A stretch of 64,000 bases of DNA from Eledone cirrhosa (Eukaryota). Under the pieces are notes generated by a model. The model was not told the DNA's origin, ran no database searches, and saw only the letters and a list, made by a program, of their open reading frames with translations. Location: positions 440,076,001-440,140,000 of the forward strand of contig OZ024740.1 of NCBI GenBank assembly GCA_964016885.1. Reading direction: 5' to 3'. Below are positions 1 through 16,700 of this stretch, piece by piece; positions within the stretch are counted from its first letter, which is position 1, and each line of letters begins with the position of its first letter. A program made the translations under genes and the position numbers.

Positions 1-3000
1 ATCTATACAATAATACCACATGTCTGACATATATATAATAACACCACATGTCTGACATCTATATAATAACACCACAAGTCTGACATCTATATAATAACAC
101 CACAAGTCTGACATCTATACAATAATACCACATGTCTAACATCTATATAATAACACCATATGTCTGACATCTATACAATAATACCACATGTCTGACATCT
201 ATATAATAACACCACATGTCTGACATCTATATAATAACACCGCATGTCTGACATCTATATAATAAAACCACAAGTATGACATCTATATATTAACACCACG
301 TGTCTGATATTTATATAATAACACCACATGTCTAACTTCTATATAATAACACCACATGTCTGACATATATATAATAACACCACATGTCTGACATCTATAT
401 AATAACACCACAAGTCTGACATCTATATAATAACACCACAAGTCTGACATCTATACAATAATACCAGATGTCTGACATATATATAATAACACAAGATGTC
501 TGACATCTATATAATAACACATGTCTGACATCTATATAATAACACCACAAGTCTGAAATCTATATAATAGCACCACAAGTCTGACATCTATACAATAACA
601 CCACAAGTCTGCATCTATATAATAACACCATATGGCTGACATCTATATAATAACAACACAAGTCTGACATCTATATAATAACACCACATGTCTGACATCT
701 ATATAATAACATCACAAATCTGACATCTATATAATAACACCACAAGTCTGACATCTATACAATTATACCACATGTCTGACATCTATATAATAACACCACA
801 TGTCTGACATCTATATAATAACACCACAAGTCTGACATATATATAATAACACCACATGTCTGACATCTATATAATAACACCACATGTGTGACATCTATAT
901 AATAACACCACATGTCTGACATCTATATAATAACACCACAAGTCTGACATCTATATAATAACACCACATGTCTGACATCTATATAATAACACCACATGTC
1001 TGACATCTATATAATAACACCGCATGTCTGACATCTATATAATAACACCACAAGTCTGACATCTATACAATAACACCCATTTCTGACATCTATATAATAA
1101 CACATGTCTGACATCTATATAATAACACCACATGTCTGACATCTATATAATAACACCACAAGTCTGACATCTATATAATAACACCACAAGTCTCACATCT
1201 ATACAAAAATACCACATGTCTAACATCTATATAATAACACCATATGTCTGACATCTATACAATAATACCACATGTCTGACATCTATATAATAACACCACA
1301 TGTCTGACATCTATATAATAACACCGCATGTGACATCTATATAATAACACCACATGTCTGACAACTATAAATTAACACCACAAGTCTGACATCTATATAA
1401 TAACACCACAAGTCTCACATCTATATAATAACAGCACAAGTCTGACATCTATATAATAACACCACATGTCTGATATCTATATAATAACACCACAATTCTG
1501 ACATCTATATATTAACACCACATGTCTGACATCTATATAATAACACCGCATGTCTGACATCTATATAATAACACCACAAGTCTGACATCTATATAATAAC
1601 ACAACATGTCTGACATCTATATAATAACACCACAAGTCTGACATCTATATAATAACACCACATGTCTGACATCTATATAATAACACCACTTGTGTGACAT
1701 CTATATAATAACATCACATGTCTGACATCAATCTAATAACACCACAAGTCTGACATCTATATAATAACACCACAAGTCTGACATCTATATAATAATACCA
1801 TATGTCTGACATCTATATAATAACACCACATCTCTGACATCTATATAATAACACCACAAGTCTGACATCTATATAATAACACCACATGTCTGACATCTAT
1901 ATAATATCACGACAAGTCTGACATTTATATAATAACATCACAAGTCTGACATCTATATAATAATACCATATGTCTGACATCTATATAATAACACCACATG
2001 TCTGACATCTATATAATAACACCACAAGTCTGACATCTATATAATAACACCACATGTCTGACATCTATATAATAACACCACATTTCTGACATATATATAA
2101 TAACACATGTCTGACATCTATATAATAACAGCACATGTCTGACATCTATATAATAACACCACAAGTCTGACATCTATATAATAACACCACAAGTCTGACA
2201 TCTATACAATAATACCACATGTCTAACATCTATATAATAACACCATATGTCTGACATCTATACAATAATACCACATGTCTGACATCTATATAATAACACC
2301 ACATGTCTGACATCTATATAATAACACATCTCTGACATCTATATAATAACACCACATGTCTGACATCTATATAATAACACCACAAGTCTGACATCTATAT
2401 AATAACACCACAAGTCTGACATCTATACAATAATACCACATCTCTAACATCTATATAATAACACCATATGTCTGACATCTATACAATAATACCACATGTC
2501 TGACATATATATAATAACACCACATGTCTGACATCTATATAATAACACCACAAGTCTGACATCTATATAATAACACCACAAGTCTGACATCTATACAATA
2601 ATACCACATGTCTAACATCTATATAATAACACCATATGTCTGACATCTATACAATAATACCACATGTCTGACATCTATATAATAACACCACATGTCTGAC
2701 ATCTATATAATAACACCGCATGTCTGACATCTATATAATAACACCACAAGTATGACATCTATATAATAACACCACGTGTCTGATATTTATATAATAACAC
2801 CACATGTCTAACTTCTATATAATAACACCACATGTCTGACATATATATAATAACACCACATGTCTGACATCTATATAATAACACCACAAGTCTGACATCT
2901 ATATAATAACACCACAAGTCTGACATCTATACAATAATACCAGATGTCTGACATATATATAATAACACAAGATGTCTGACATCTATATAATAACACATGT

Positions 3001-3314
3001 CTGACATCTATATAATAACACCACAAGTCTGAAATCTATATAATAGCACCACAAGTCTGACATCTATACAATAACACCACAAGTCTGCATCTATATAATA
3101 ACACCATATGGCTGACATCTATATAATAACAACACAAGTCTGACATCTATATAATAACACCACATGTCTGACATCTATATAATAACATCACAAATCTGAC
3201 ATCTATATAATAACACCACAAGTCTGACATCTATACAATTATACCACATGTCTGACATCTATATAATAACACCACATGTCTGACATCTATATAATAACAC
3301 CACAAGTCTGACAT
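1..3314. repeat. Duplicated variant block: 1-~838 repeated at 2477-~3314 (offset 2476); left end lies outside the window
   Basis: Rare markers are shared in the same order: gtctgaaatc...taatagcacc (g at 555 and 3031), aagtatgac, ctaacttct, acaagatgtc, catatggctg. A few differences are present (e.g. aataaaacc at ~265). Confidence 0.85.
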
Positions 3315-4211
3315 CTATATAATAACACCACATGTCTGACATCTATATAATATCACGACAAGTCTGACATTTATATAATAACATCACAAGTCTGACATCT
3401 ATATAATAATACCATATGTCTGACATCTATATAATAACACCACATGTCTGACATCTATAAATTAACACTACAAGTCTGACATATATATAATAACACCACA
3501 AGCCTGACATCTATATAATAACAGCACAAGTCTGACATCTATATAATAACACCACATGTCTGATATCTATATAATAACACCACCATTCTGACATCTATAT
3601 ATTAACACCACATGTCTGACATCTATATAATAACACCGCATGTCTGACATCTATATAATAACACTACAAGTCTGACATCTATATAATAACACAACATGTC
3701 TGACATCTATATAATAACACCACAAGTCTGACATCTATACAATAATACCACATGTCTAACATCTATATAATAACACCATATGTCTGACATCTATACAATA
3801 ATACCACATGTCTGACATCTATATAATAACACCACATGTCCATGTCTGACATCGATATAATAACAGAAAATGTCAGAGATCTATATAATAACACCACATG
3901 TCTGACATCTATATAATAACACAACATGCCTGACATCTATATAATAACACCACAAGTCTGACATCTATATAATAACACCACATGTCTGACATCTATACAA
4001 TAACACCACAAGTCTGACATCTATATGATAACACCACAAGTCTGACATCTATATAATAACTCCAGATGTCTGATATCTATACAATAACACCACAAGTCTG
4101 ACATATATATAATAACACCACATGTCTGACATCTATATAATAACACCACATATGTGACATCTATATAATAACACCACATGTCTGACATCAATCTAATAAC
4201 ACCACAAATCT

Positions 4212-7200
4212 GACATCTATATAATAACACCACATGTCTGACATCTATATAATAACACCAGATGTCTGACATCTATATAATAACACCACATATCTGCCAT
4301 CTATATAATAAGACAACATGTCTAACATCTATATAATAACACCACATGTCTGACATCTATATAATAACACCACAAGTCTGACATCTATACAATAATACCA
4401 CATGTCTAACATCTATATAATAACACCATATGTCTGACATCTATACAATAATACCACATGTCTGACATCTATATAATAACACCACATGTCTGACATCTAT
4501 ATAATAACAGAAAATGTCTGAGATCTATAAAATAACACCACATGTCTGACATCTATATAATAACACAACATGTCTGACATCTATATAATAACCCCACAAG
4601 TCTGACATCTATATAATAACACCACATGTCTGACATCTATACAATAACACCAGAAGTCTGACATCTATATGATAACACCACAAGTCTGACATCTATATAA
4701 TAAGTCCAGATGTCTGATATCTATACAATAACACCACAAGTCTGACATATATATAATAACACCACATGTCTGACACCTATATAATAACACCACATGTGAG
4801 ACATCTATATAATGACACCACATGTCTGACATCAATCTAATAACACCACAAGTCTGACATCTATATAATAACACCACATTTCAGACATCTATATAATAAC
4901 ACCAGATGTCTGACATCTATATAATAACACCACATATCTGCCATCTATATAATAACACAACATGTCTGACATCAATATATTAACACCAGATGTCTGACAT
5001 CTATACAATAACGCCACAAGTCTGCATCTATATAATAACACCATATGACTGACATCTATATAATAACAACACAAGTCTGACATCTACATAATAACACCAC
5101 ATGTCTGACATCTATATAATAACATCACAAATCTGACATCTATATCATAACACCACATGTCTGACATCTATACAATAACACCACAAGTCTGACATCTATA
5201 TGATAAAACCACAAGTCTGACATCTATATAATAACTCCAGATGTCTGATATCTATACAATAACACCACAAGTCTGACATATATATAATAACACCACATGT
5301 CTGACATCTATATAATAACACCACATGTGTGACATCTATATAATGACACCACATGTCTGACATCAATCTAATAACACCACAAGTCTGACATCTATATAAT
5401 AACACCACATGTCTGACATCTATATAATAACACCAGATGTCTGACATCTATATAATTATACCACATATCTGCCATCAAATATAATAACACAACATGTCTG
5501 GCATCTATATAATAACACCACATGTCTGACATCTATATAATAACACCACAAGTTTGACATCTATACAATAATACCACATGTCTAACATCTATATAATAAC
5601 ACCATATGTCTGACATCTATACAATAATACCACATGCCTGACATCTATATAATAACACCACATATCTGCCATCTATATAATAACACAACATGTCTGACAT
5701 CTATATTATAACACCAGATATCTGACATCTATACAATAACACCACAAGTCTGCATCTATATAATAACACCATATGACTGACATCTATATAATAACAACAC
5801 AAGTCTGACATCTATATAATAACACCACATGTCTGACATCTATATAATAACATCACAAATCTGGCATCTATATAATAACACCACAAGTCTGACATCTATA
5901 CATTAATACCACATGTCTGAAATCTATATAATAACACCACAAGTCTGACATCTATATAATAACACCACATGTCTGACATCTATATAATAACACCACATGT
6001 GTGACATCTATATAATAACACCACATGTCTGACATCTATCTAATGACACCACAAGTCTGACATCTATATAATAACACCACAAGTGTGACATCTATATAAT
6101 AATACCATATGTCTGACATCTATATAATAACACCACATGTCTGACATCTATATAATAACACCACAAGTCTGACATCTATATAGTAACACCACATGTCTGA
6201 CATCTATATAATAACACCACATGTCTGACATCTATATAATAACACCAAAAGTCTGACATCTATACAATAACACCACATTTCTGACATCTATATAATAACA
6301 CATCTCTGACATCTATATAATAACACCACATGTCTGACATCTATATAATAACACCACAAGTCTGACATCTATATAATAACACCACAAGTCTGACATCTAT
6401 ACAATAATACCACATGTCTAACATCTATATAATAACAACATATGTCTGACATCTATACAATAATACCACATGTCTGACATCTATATAATAACACCAGATG
6501 CCTGATATCTATATAATAACACCACATGTGACATCTATATAATAACACCACAAGTCTGACATCTATATAATAACACCACAAGTCTGACATCTATACATTA
6601 ATACCACATGTCTGACATCTATATAACAACACCAGATGTCTGACATCTATATAATAACACCACATATGACATCTATATAATAACACCACATGTCTGACAT
6701 CTATATAATAACACCACAAGTCTGACATCTATATAATAACACCACATGTCTGACATCTATATAATAACACCACATGTGTGACATCTATATATTAACACCA
6801 CATGTCTGACATCTATCTAGTGACACCAAAAGTCTGACATCTATATAATAACACCGCATGTGACATCTATATAATAACACCACATGTCTGACAACTATAA
6901 ATTAACACCACATGTCTGACATCTATATAATAACACCACAAGTCTGACATCTATATAATAACACCAGATGTCTGACATCTATATAATAACACCGCATGTC
7001 ACATCTATATAATAACACCACATATCTGACAACTATAAATTAACACCACATGTCTGACATCTATATAATAACACCACAAGTCTGACATCTATATAATAAC
7101 ACCAGATGTCTGACATCTATATAATAACACCAGATGTCTGACATCTATACAATAACACCACAAGTCTGCATCTATATAATAACACCATATGACTGACATC

Positions 7201-10200
7201 TATATAATAACACCACATGTCTGACATCTATATAATAACACCACATGTGTGACATCTATATAATAACACCACATGTCTGACATCTATCTAATAACACCAC
7301 AAGTCTGACATCTATATAATAACACCACATGTCTGACATCTATACAATTATACCACAAGTCTGACATCTATATAATAACACCGCATGTCTGACATCTATA
7401 TAATAACACCACAAGTCTGACATCTATACAATAACACCCATTTCTGACATCTATATAATAACACATGTCTGACATCTATATAATAACACCACATGTCTGA
7501 CATCTATATAATAACACCACAAGTCTGACATCTATATAATAACACCACAAGTCTGACATCTATACAATAATACCACATGTCTAACATCTATATAATAACA
7601 ACATATGTCTGACATCTATACAATAATACCACATGTCTGACATCTATATAATAACACCAGATGCCTGATATCTATATAATAACACCACATGTGACATCTA
7701 TATAATAACACCACAAGTCTGACATCTATATAATAACACCACAAGTCTGACATCTATACATTAATACCACATGTCTGACATCTATATAACAACACCAGAT
7801 GTCTGACATCTATATAATAACACCACATGTGACATCTATATAATAACACCACATGTCTGACATCTATATAATAACACCACAAGTCTGACATCTATATAAT
7901 AACACCACATGTCTGACATCTATATAATAACACCACATGTGTTACATCTATATATTAACACCACATGTCTGACATCTATCTAATGACACCAGAAGTCTGA
8001 CATCTATATAATAACACCAAAAGTCTGACATCTATATAATAACACCGCATGTGACATCTATATAATAACACCACATGTCTGACAACTATAAATTAACACC
8101 ACATGTCTGACATCTATATAATAACACCACAAGTCTGACATCTATATAATAACACCAGATGTCTGACATCTATATAATAACACCGCATGTGACATCTATA
8201 TAATAACACCACATGTCTGACAACTATAAATTAACACCACATGTCTGACATCTATATAATAACACCACATGTCTGACATCTATATAATAACACCAGATGT
8301 CTGACATCTATATAATAACACCACATATCTGCCATCTATATAATAAGACAACATGTCTAACATCTATATAATAACACCACATGTCTGACATCTATATAAT
8401 AACACCACAAGTCTGACATCTATACAATAATACCACATGTCTAACATCTATATAATAACACCATATGTCTGACATCTATACAATAATACCACATGTCTGA
8501 CATCTATATAATAACACCACATGTCTGACATCTATATAATAACAGAAAATGTCTGAGATCTATAAAATAACACCACATGTCTGACATCTATATAATAACA
8601 CAACATGTCTGACATCTATATAATAACCCCACAAGTCTGACATCTATATAATAACACCACATGTCTGACATCTATACAATAACACCACAAGTCTGACATC
8701 TATATGATAACAACACAAGTCTGACATCTATATAATAAGTCCAGATGTCTGATATCTATACAATAACACCACAAGTCTGACATATATATAATAACACCAC
8801 ATGACTGACACCTATATAATAACACCACATGTGAGACATCTATATAATGACACCACATGTCTGACATCAATCTAATAACACCACAAGTCTGACATCTATA
8901 TAATAACACCACATTTCAGACATCTATATAATAACACCAGATGTCTGACATCTATATAATAACACCACATATCTGCCATCTATATAATAACACAACATGT
9001 CTGACATCAATATATTAACACCAGATGTCTGACATCTATACAATAACGCCACAAGTCTGCATCTATATAATAACACCATATGACTGACATCTATATAATA
9101 ACAACACAAGTCTGACATCTACATAATAACACCACATGTCTGACATCTATATAATAACATCACAAATCTGACATCTATATCATAACACCACATGTCTGAC
9201 ATCTATACAATAACACCACAAGTCTGACATCTATATGATAAAACCACAAGTCTGACATCTATATAATAACTCCAGATGTCTGATATCTATACAATAACAC
9301 CACAAGTCTGACATATATATAATAACACCACATGTCTGACATCTATATAATAACACCACATGTGTGACATCTATATAATGACACCACATGTCTGACATCA
9401 ATCTAATAACACCACAAGTCTGACATCTATATAATAACACCACATGTCTGACATCTATATAATAACACCAGATGTCTGACATCTATATAATTATACCACA
9501 TATCTGCCATCAAATATAATAACACAACATGTCTGGCATCTATATAATAACACCACATGTCTGACATCTATATAATAACACCACAAGTTTGACATCTATA
9601 CAATAATACCACATGTCTAACATCTATATAATAACACCATATGTCTGACATCTATACAATAATACCACATGTCTGACATCTATATAATAACACCACATAT
9701 CTGCCATCTATATAATAACACAACATGTCTGACATCTATATTATAACACCAGATATCTGACATCTATACAATAACACCACAAGTCTGCATCTATATAATA
9801 ACACCATATGACTGACATCTATATAATAACAACACAAGTCTGACATCTATATAATAACACCACATGTCTGACATCTATATAATAACATCACAAATCTGGC
9901 ATCTATATAATAACACCACAAGTCTGACATCTATACATTAATACCACATGTCTGAAATCTATATAATAACACCACAATCTGACATCTATATAATAACACC
10001 ACATGTCTGACATCTATATAATAACACCACATGTGTGACATCTATATAATAACACCACATGTCTGACATCTATCTAATGACACCACAAGTCTGACATCTA
10101 TATAATAACACCACAAGTGTGACATCTATATAATAATACCATATGTCTGACATCTATATAATAACACCACATGTCTGACATCTATATAATAACACCACAA

Positions 10201-12303
10201 GTCTGACATCTATATAGTAACACCACATGTCTGACATCTATATAATAACACCACATGTCTGACATCTATATAATAACACCAAAAGTCTGACATCTATACA
10301 ATAACACCACATTTCTGACATCTATATAATAACACATCTCTGACATCTATATAATAACACCACATGTCTGACATCTATATAATAACACCACAAGTCTGAC
10401 ATCTATATAATAACACCACAAGTCTGACATCTATACAATAATACCACATGTCTAACATCTATATAATAACAACATATGTCTGACATCTATACAATAATAC
10501 CACATGTCTGACATCTATATAATAACACCAGATGCCTGATATCTATATAATAACACCACATGTGACATCTATATAATAACACCACAAGTCTGACATCTAT
10601 ATAATAACACCACAAGTCTGACATCTATACATTAATACCACATGTCTGACATCTATATAACAACACCAGATGTCTGACATCTATATAATAACACCACATA
10701 TGACATCTATATAATAACACCACATGTCTGACATCTATATAATAACACCACAAGTCTGACATCTATATAATAACACCACATGTCTGACATCTATATAATA
10801 ACACCACATGTGTGACATCTATATATTAACACCACATGTCTGACATCTATCTAGTGACACCAAAAGTCTGACATCTATATAATAACACCGCATGTGACAT
10901 CTATATAATAACACCACATGTCTGACAACTATAAATTAACACCACATGTCTGACATCTATATAATAACACCACAAGTCTGACATCTATATAATAACACCA
11001 GATGTCTGACATCTATATAATAACACCGCATGTCACATCTATATAATAACACCACATATCTGACAACTATAAATTAACACCACATGTCTGACATCTATAT
11101 AATAACACCACAAGTCTGACATCTATATAATAACACCAGATGTCTGACATCTATATAATAACACCAGATGTCTGACATCTATACAATAACACCACAAGTC
11201 TGCATCTATATAATAACACCATATGACTGACATCTATATAATAACACCACATGTCTGACATCTATATAATAACACCACATGTGTGACATCTATATAATAA
11301 CACCACATGTCTGACATCTATCTAATAACACCACAAGTCTGACATCTATATAATAACACCACATGTCTGACATCTATACAATTATACCACAAGTCTGACA
11401 TCTATATAATAACACCGCATGTCTGACATCTATATAATAACACCACAAGTCTGACATCTATACAATAACACCCATTTCTGACATCTATATAATAACACAT
11501 GTCTGACATCTATATAATAACACCACATGTCTGACATCTATATAATAACACCACAAGTCTGACATCTATATAATAACACCACAAGTCTGACATCTATACA
11601 ATAATACCACATGTCTAACATCTATATAATAACAACATATGTCTGACATCTATACAATAATACCACATGTCTGACATCTATATAATAACACCAGATGCCT
11701 GATATCTATATAATAACACCACATGTGACATCTATATAATAACACCACAAGTCTGACATCTATATAATAACACCACAAGTCTGACATCTATACATTAATA
11801 CCACATGTCTGACATCTATATAACAACACCAGATGTCTGACATCTATATAATAACACCACATGTGACATCTATATAATAACACCACATGTCTGACATCTA
11901 TATAATAACACCACAAGTCTGACATCTATATAATAACACCACATGTCTGACATCTATATAATAACACCACATGTGTTACATCTATATATTAACACCACAT
12001 GTCTGACATCTATCTAATGACACCAGAAGTCTGACATCTATATAATAACACCAAAAGTCTGACATCTATATAATAACACCGCATGTGACATCTATATAAT
12101 AACACCACATGTCTGACAACTATAAATTAACACCACATGTCTGACATCTATATAATAACACCACAAGTCTGACATCTATATAATAACACCAGATGTCTGA
12201 CATCTATATAATAACACCGCATGTGACATCTATATAATAACACCACATGTCTGACAACTATAAATTAACACCACATGTCTGACATCTATATAATAACACC
12301 ACA
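4212..12303. repeat. Near-perfect tandem duplication, unit ~4035 bp (about 4212-8246 and 8247-12303)
   Basis: ORF pairs 4665/8700, 4889/8924 and 5196/9231 are all offset by 4035. Markers acagaaaatg 4510/8545 and gttac 7941/11975 (offset 4034 after a 1-bp deletion at ~9977). Confidence 0.93.
6295..8250. repeat. Older nested duplication (offset ~1163 bp) inside the 4035-bp unit, so present in both copies
   Basis: gatgcctgatat at 6501 and 7664. acaacatatg and tataacaacaccag markers recur at the same offset, with several substitutions between the copies. Confidence 0.8.
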
Positions 12304-13729
12304 AGTCTGACATCTATATAATAACACCAGATGTCTGACATCTATATAATAACACCAGATGTCTGACATCTATACAATAACACCACAAGTCTGCATCTAT
12401 ATAATAACACCATATGACTGACATCTATATAATAACACCACATGTCTGACATCTATATAATAACACCACATGTGTGACATCTATATAATAACACCACATG
12501 TCTGACATCTATCTAATAACACCACAAGTCTGACATCTATATAATAACACCACATGTCTGACATCTATACAATTATACCACAAGTCTGACATCTATATAA
12601 TAACACCACAAGTCTGACATCTATATAATAATACCATATGTCTGACATCTATATAATAACACCACATGTCTGACATCTATATAATAACACCACAAGTCTG
12701 ACATCTATATAATAACACCACATGTCTGACATCTATATAATAACACCACATGTCTGACATGTATATAATAACACCGCATGTCTGACATCTATATAATAAC
12801 ACCACAAGTCTGACATCTATACAATAACACCCATTTCTGACATCTATATAATAACACATGTCTGACATCTATATAATAACACCACATGTCTGACATCTAT
12901 ATAATAACACCACAAGTCTGACATCTATATAATAACACCACAAGTCTGACATCTATACAATAATACCACATGTCTAACATCTATATAATAACACCATATG
13001 TCTGACATCTATACAATAATACCACATGTCTGACATCTATATAATAACACCACATGTCTGACATCTATATAATAACACCGCATGTGACATCTATATAATA
13101 ACACCACATGTCTGACAACTATAAATTAACACCACAAGTCTGACATCTATATAATAACACCACAAGTCTGACATCTATATAATAACAGCACAAGTCTGAC
13201 ATCTATATAATAACACCACATGTCTGACATCTATATAATAACACCACATGTGTGACATCTATATAATAACACCACATGTCTGACATCAATCTAATAACAC
13301 CACAAGTCTGACATCTATATAATAACACCACAAGTCTGACATCTATATAATAATACCATATGTCTGACATCTATATAATAACACCACATCTCTGACATCT
13401 ATATAATAACACCACAAGTCTGACATCTATATAATAACACCACATGTCTGACATCTATATAATAACACGACAAGTCTGACATCTATATAATAACACCACA
13501 TGTCTGACATCTATATAATAACACCACATGTCTGACATCTATATAATAACACATGTCTGACATCTATATAATAACACCACATGTCTGACATCTATATAAT
13601 AACACCACAAGTCTGACATCTATATAATAACACCACAAGTCTGACATCTATACAATAATACCACATGTCTAAAATCTATATAATAACACCATATGTCTGA
13701 CATCTATACAATAATACCACATGTCTGAC

Positions 13730-16700
13730 ATCTATATAATAACACCACATGTCTGACATCTATATAATAACACCGCATGTGACATCTATATAATAACACC
13801 ACATGTCTGACAACTATAAATTAACACCACAAGTCTGACGTCTATATAATAACACCACAAGTCTGACATCTATACAATAATACCACATGTCTAACATCTA
13901 TATAATAACACCACAAGTCTGACATCTATATAATAACAGCACAAGTCTGACATCTATATAATAACACCACATGTCTGATATCTATATAACACCACAATTC
14001 TGACATCTATATAATAACACCACATGTCTGACATCTATATAATAACACCACATGTCTGACATCTATATAATAACACCGCATGTCTGACATCGATATAATA
14101 ACACCACAAGTCTGACATCTATATAATAACACCACATGTCTGACATCTATATAATAACACCACAAGTCTGACATCTATATAATAACACCACATGTCTGAC
14201 ATCTATATAATAACACCACATGTGTGACATCTATATAATAACACCACATCTCTGACATCAATCTAATAACACCACAAGTCTGACATCTATATAATAACAC
14301 CACAAGTCTGACATCTATATAATAACACCACATGTCTGACATCTATATAATAACACCACAAGTCTGACATCTATATAATAACACCACATGTCTGACATCT
14401 ATATAATAACACCACATGTGTGACATCTATATAATAATACCATATATCTGACATCTATATAATAACACCACATCTCTGACATCTATATAATATCACCACA
14501 AGTCTGACATCTATATAATAACACCACATGTCTGACATCTATATAATAACACCACAAGTCTGACATCTATATAATAACACCAGAGGCCTGACATCTATAT
14601 AATAACACAACATGTCTGACATCTATATAATAACACCACAAGTCTGACATCTATATAATAACACCACAAGTCTGACATCTATACAATAATACCAGATGTC
14701 TGACATATATATAACAACATGACTGACATCTATATAATAACACCACATGTCTGACATCTATATAATAACATCACAAGTCTTACATCTATATAATAACACC
14801 ACATGTCTGACATCTATATAATAACACCACATGTCTGACATCTATATAATAACACCTCAAGTCTTACATCTATATAATAACACCACAAGTCTGACATCTA
14901 TATAATAACACCGCATTGCTGACATCTATTTAATAACACCACAAGTCTGACATCTATACAATAACACCACATGTCTGACATTTATATAATAACACCACAT
15001 GTCTGACATATATATAATAACACCACATGTCTGACATCTATATAATAACACCAAAAGTCTGACATCTATATAATAACACCACAAGTCTGACATCTATACA
15101 ATAATACCAGATGTCTGACATATATATAATAACACCAGATGTCTGACATCTATATAATAACACCGCATGTGACATCTATATAGTAACACCACATGTCTGA
15201 CATCTATATAATAACACCACATGTCTGCCATCTATATAATAACACCACATGTCTGACATCTATATAATAACACCACAAGTCTGACATCTATATAATAACA
15301 CCAGATGTCTGACATCTATATAACACCACGTTTCTGCCATCTATATAATAACACCACATGTCTGACATCTATATAATAACACCACATGTCTGACATCTAT
15401 ATAATAACACCACATGTCTGACATCTATATAATAACACCACATGTCTGACATCTATATAATAACACCACAAGTCTTACATCTATATAATAACACCACATG
15501 TCTGACATCTATATAATAACACCACATGTCTGACATCTATATAATAACACCGCATGTCTGACATCTATATAATAACACCACAAGTCTGACATCTATATAA
15601 TAACACCACATGTCTGACATCTATATAATAACACCACATGTGTGACATCTATATAATAACACCACATCTCTGACATCAATCTAATAACACCACAAGTCTG
15701 ACATCTATATAATAACACCACAAGTCTGACATCTATATAATAACACCACATGTCTGACATCTATATAATAACACCACAAGTCTGACATCTATATAATAAC
15801 ACCACATGTCTGACATCTATATAATAACACCACATGTGTGACATCTATATAATAATACCATATATCTGACATCTATATAATAACACCACATCTCTGACAT
15901 CTATATAATATCACCACAAGTCTGACATCTATATAATAACACCACATGTCTGACATCTATATAATAACATCACAAGTCTGACATCTATATAATAACACCA
16001 GAGGCCTGACATCTATATAATAACACAACATGTCTGACATCTATATAATAACACCACAAGTCTGACATCTATATAATAACACCACAAGTCTGACATCTAT
16101 ACAATAATACCAGATGTCTGACATATATATAACAACACAACATGACTGACATCTATATAATAACACCACATGTCTGACATCTATATAATAACACCACAAG
16201 TCTTACATCTATATAATAACACCACATGTCTGACATCTATATAATAACACCACATGTCTGACATCTATATAATAACACCTCAAGTCTTACATCTATATAA
16301 TAACACCACAAGTCTGACATCTATATAATAACACCGCATTGCTGACATCTATATAATAACACCACAAGTCTGACATCTATATAATAACACCACATGTCTG
16401 ACATTTATATAATAACACCACATGTCTGACATATATATAATAACACCACATGTCTGACATCTATATAATAACACCAAAAGTCTGACATCTATATAATAAC
16501 ACCACAAGTCTGACATCTATACAATAATACCAGATGTCTGACATATATATAATAACACCAGATGTCTGACATCTATATAATAACACCGCATGTGACATCT
16601 ATATAGTAACACCACATGTCTGACATCTATATAATAACACCACATGTCTGCCATATATATAATAAGACCACATGTCTGACATCTATATAATAACACCACA

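Noticed and set aside
325-345. Variant atgtctaacttct resembling part of the Candida albicans telomeric repeat (also at ~2814)
   Set aside because: It arises from two substitutions in the ordinary monomer, occurs only in one duplicated block, and lies on the C-rich strand, so it is a coincidence.
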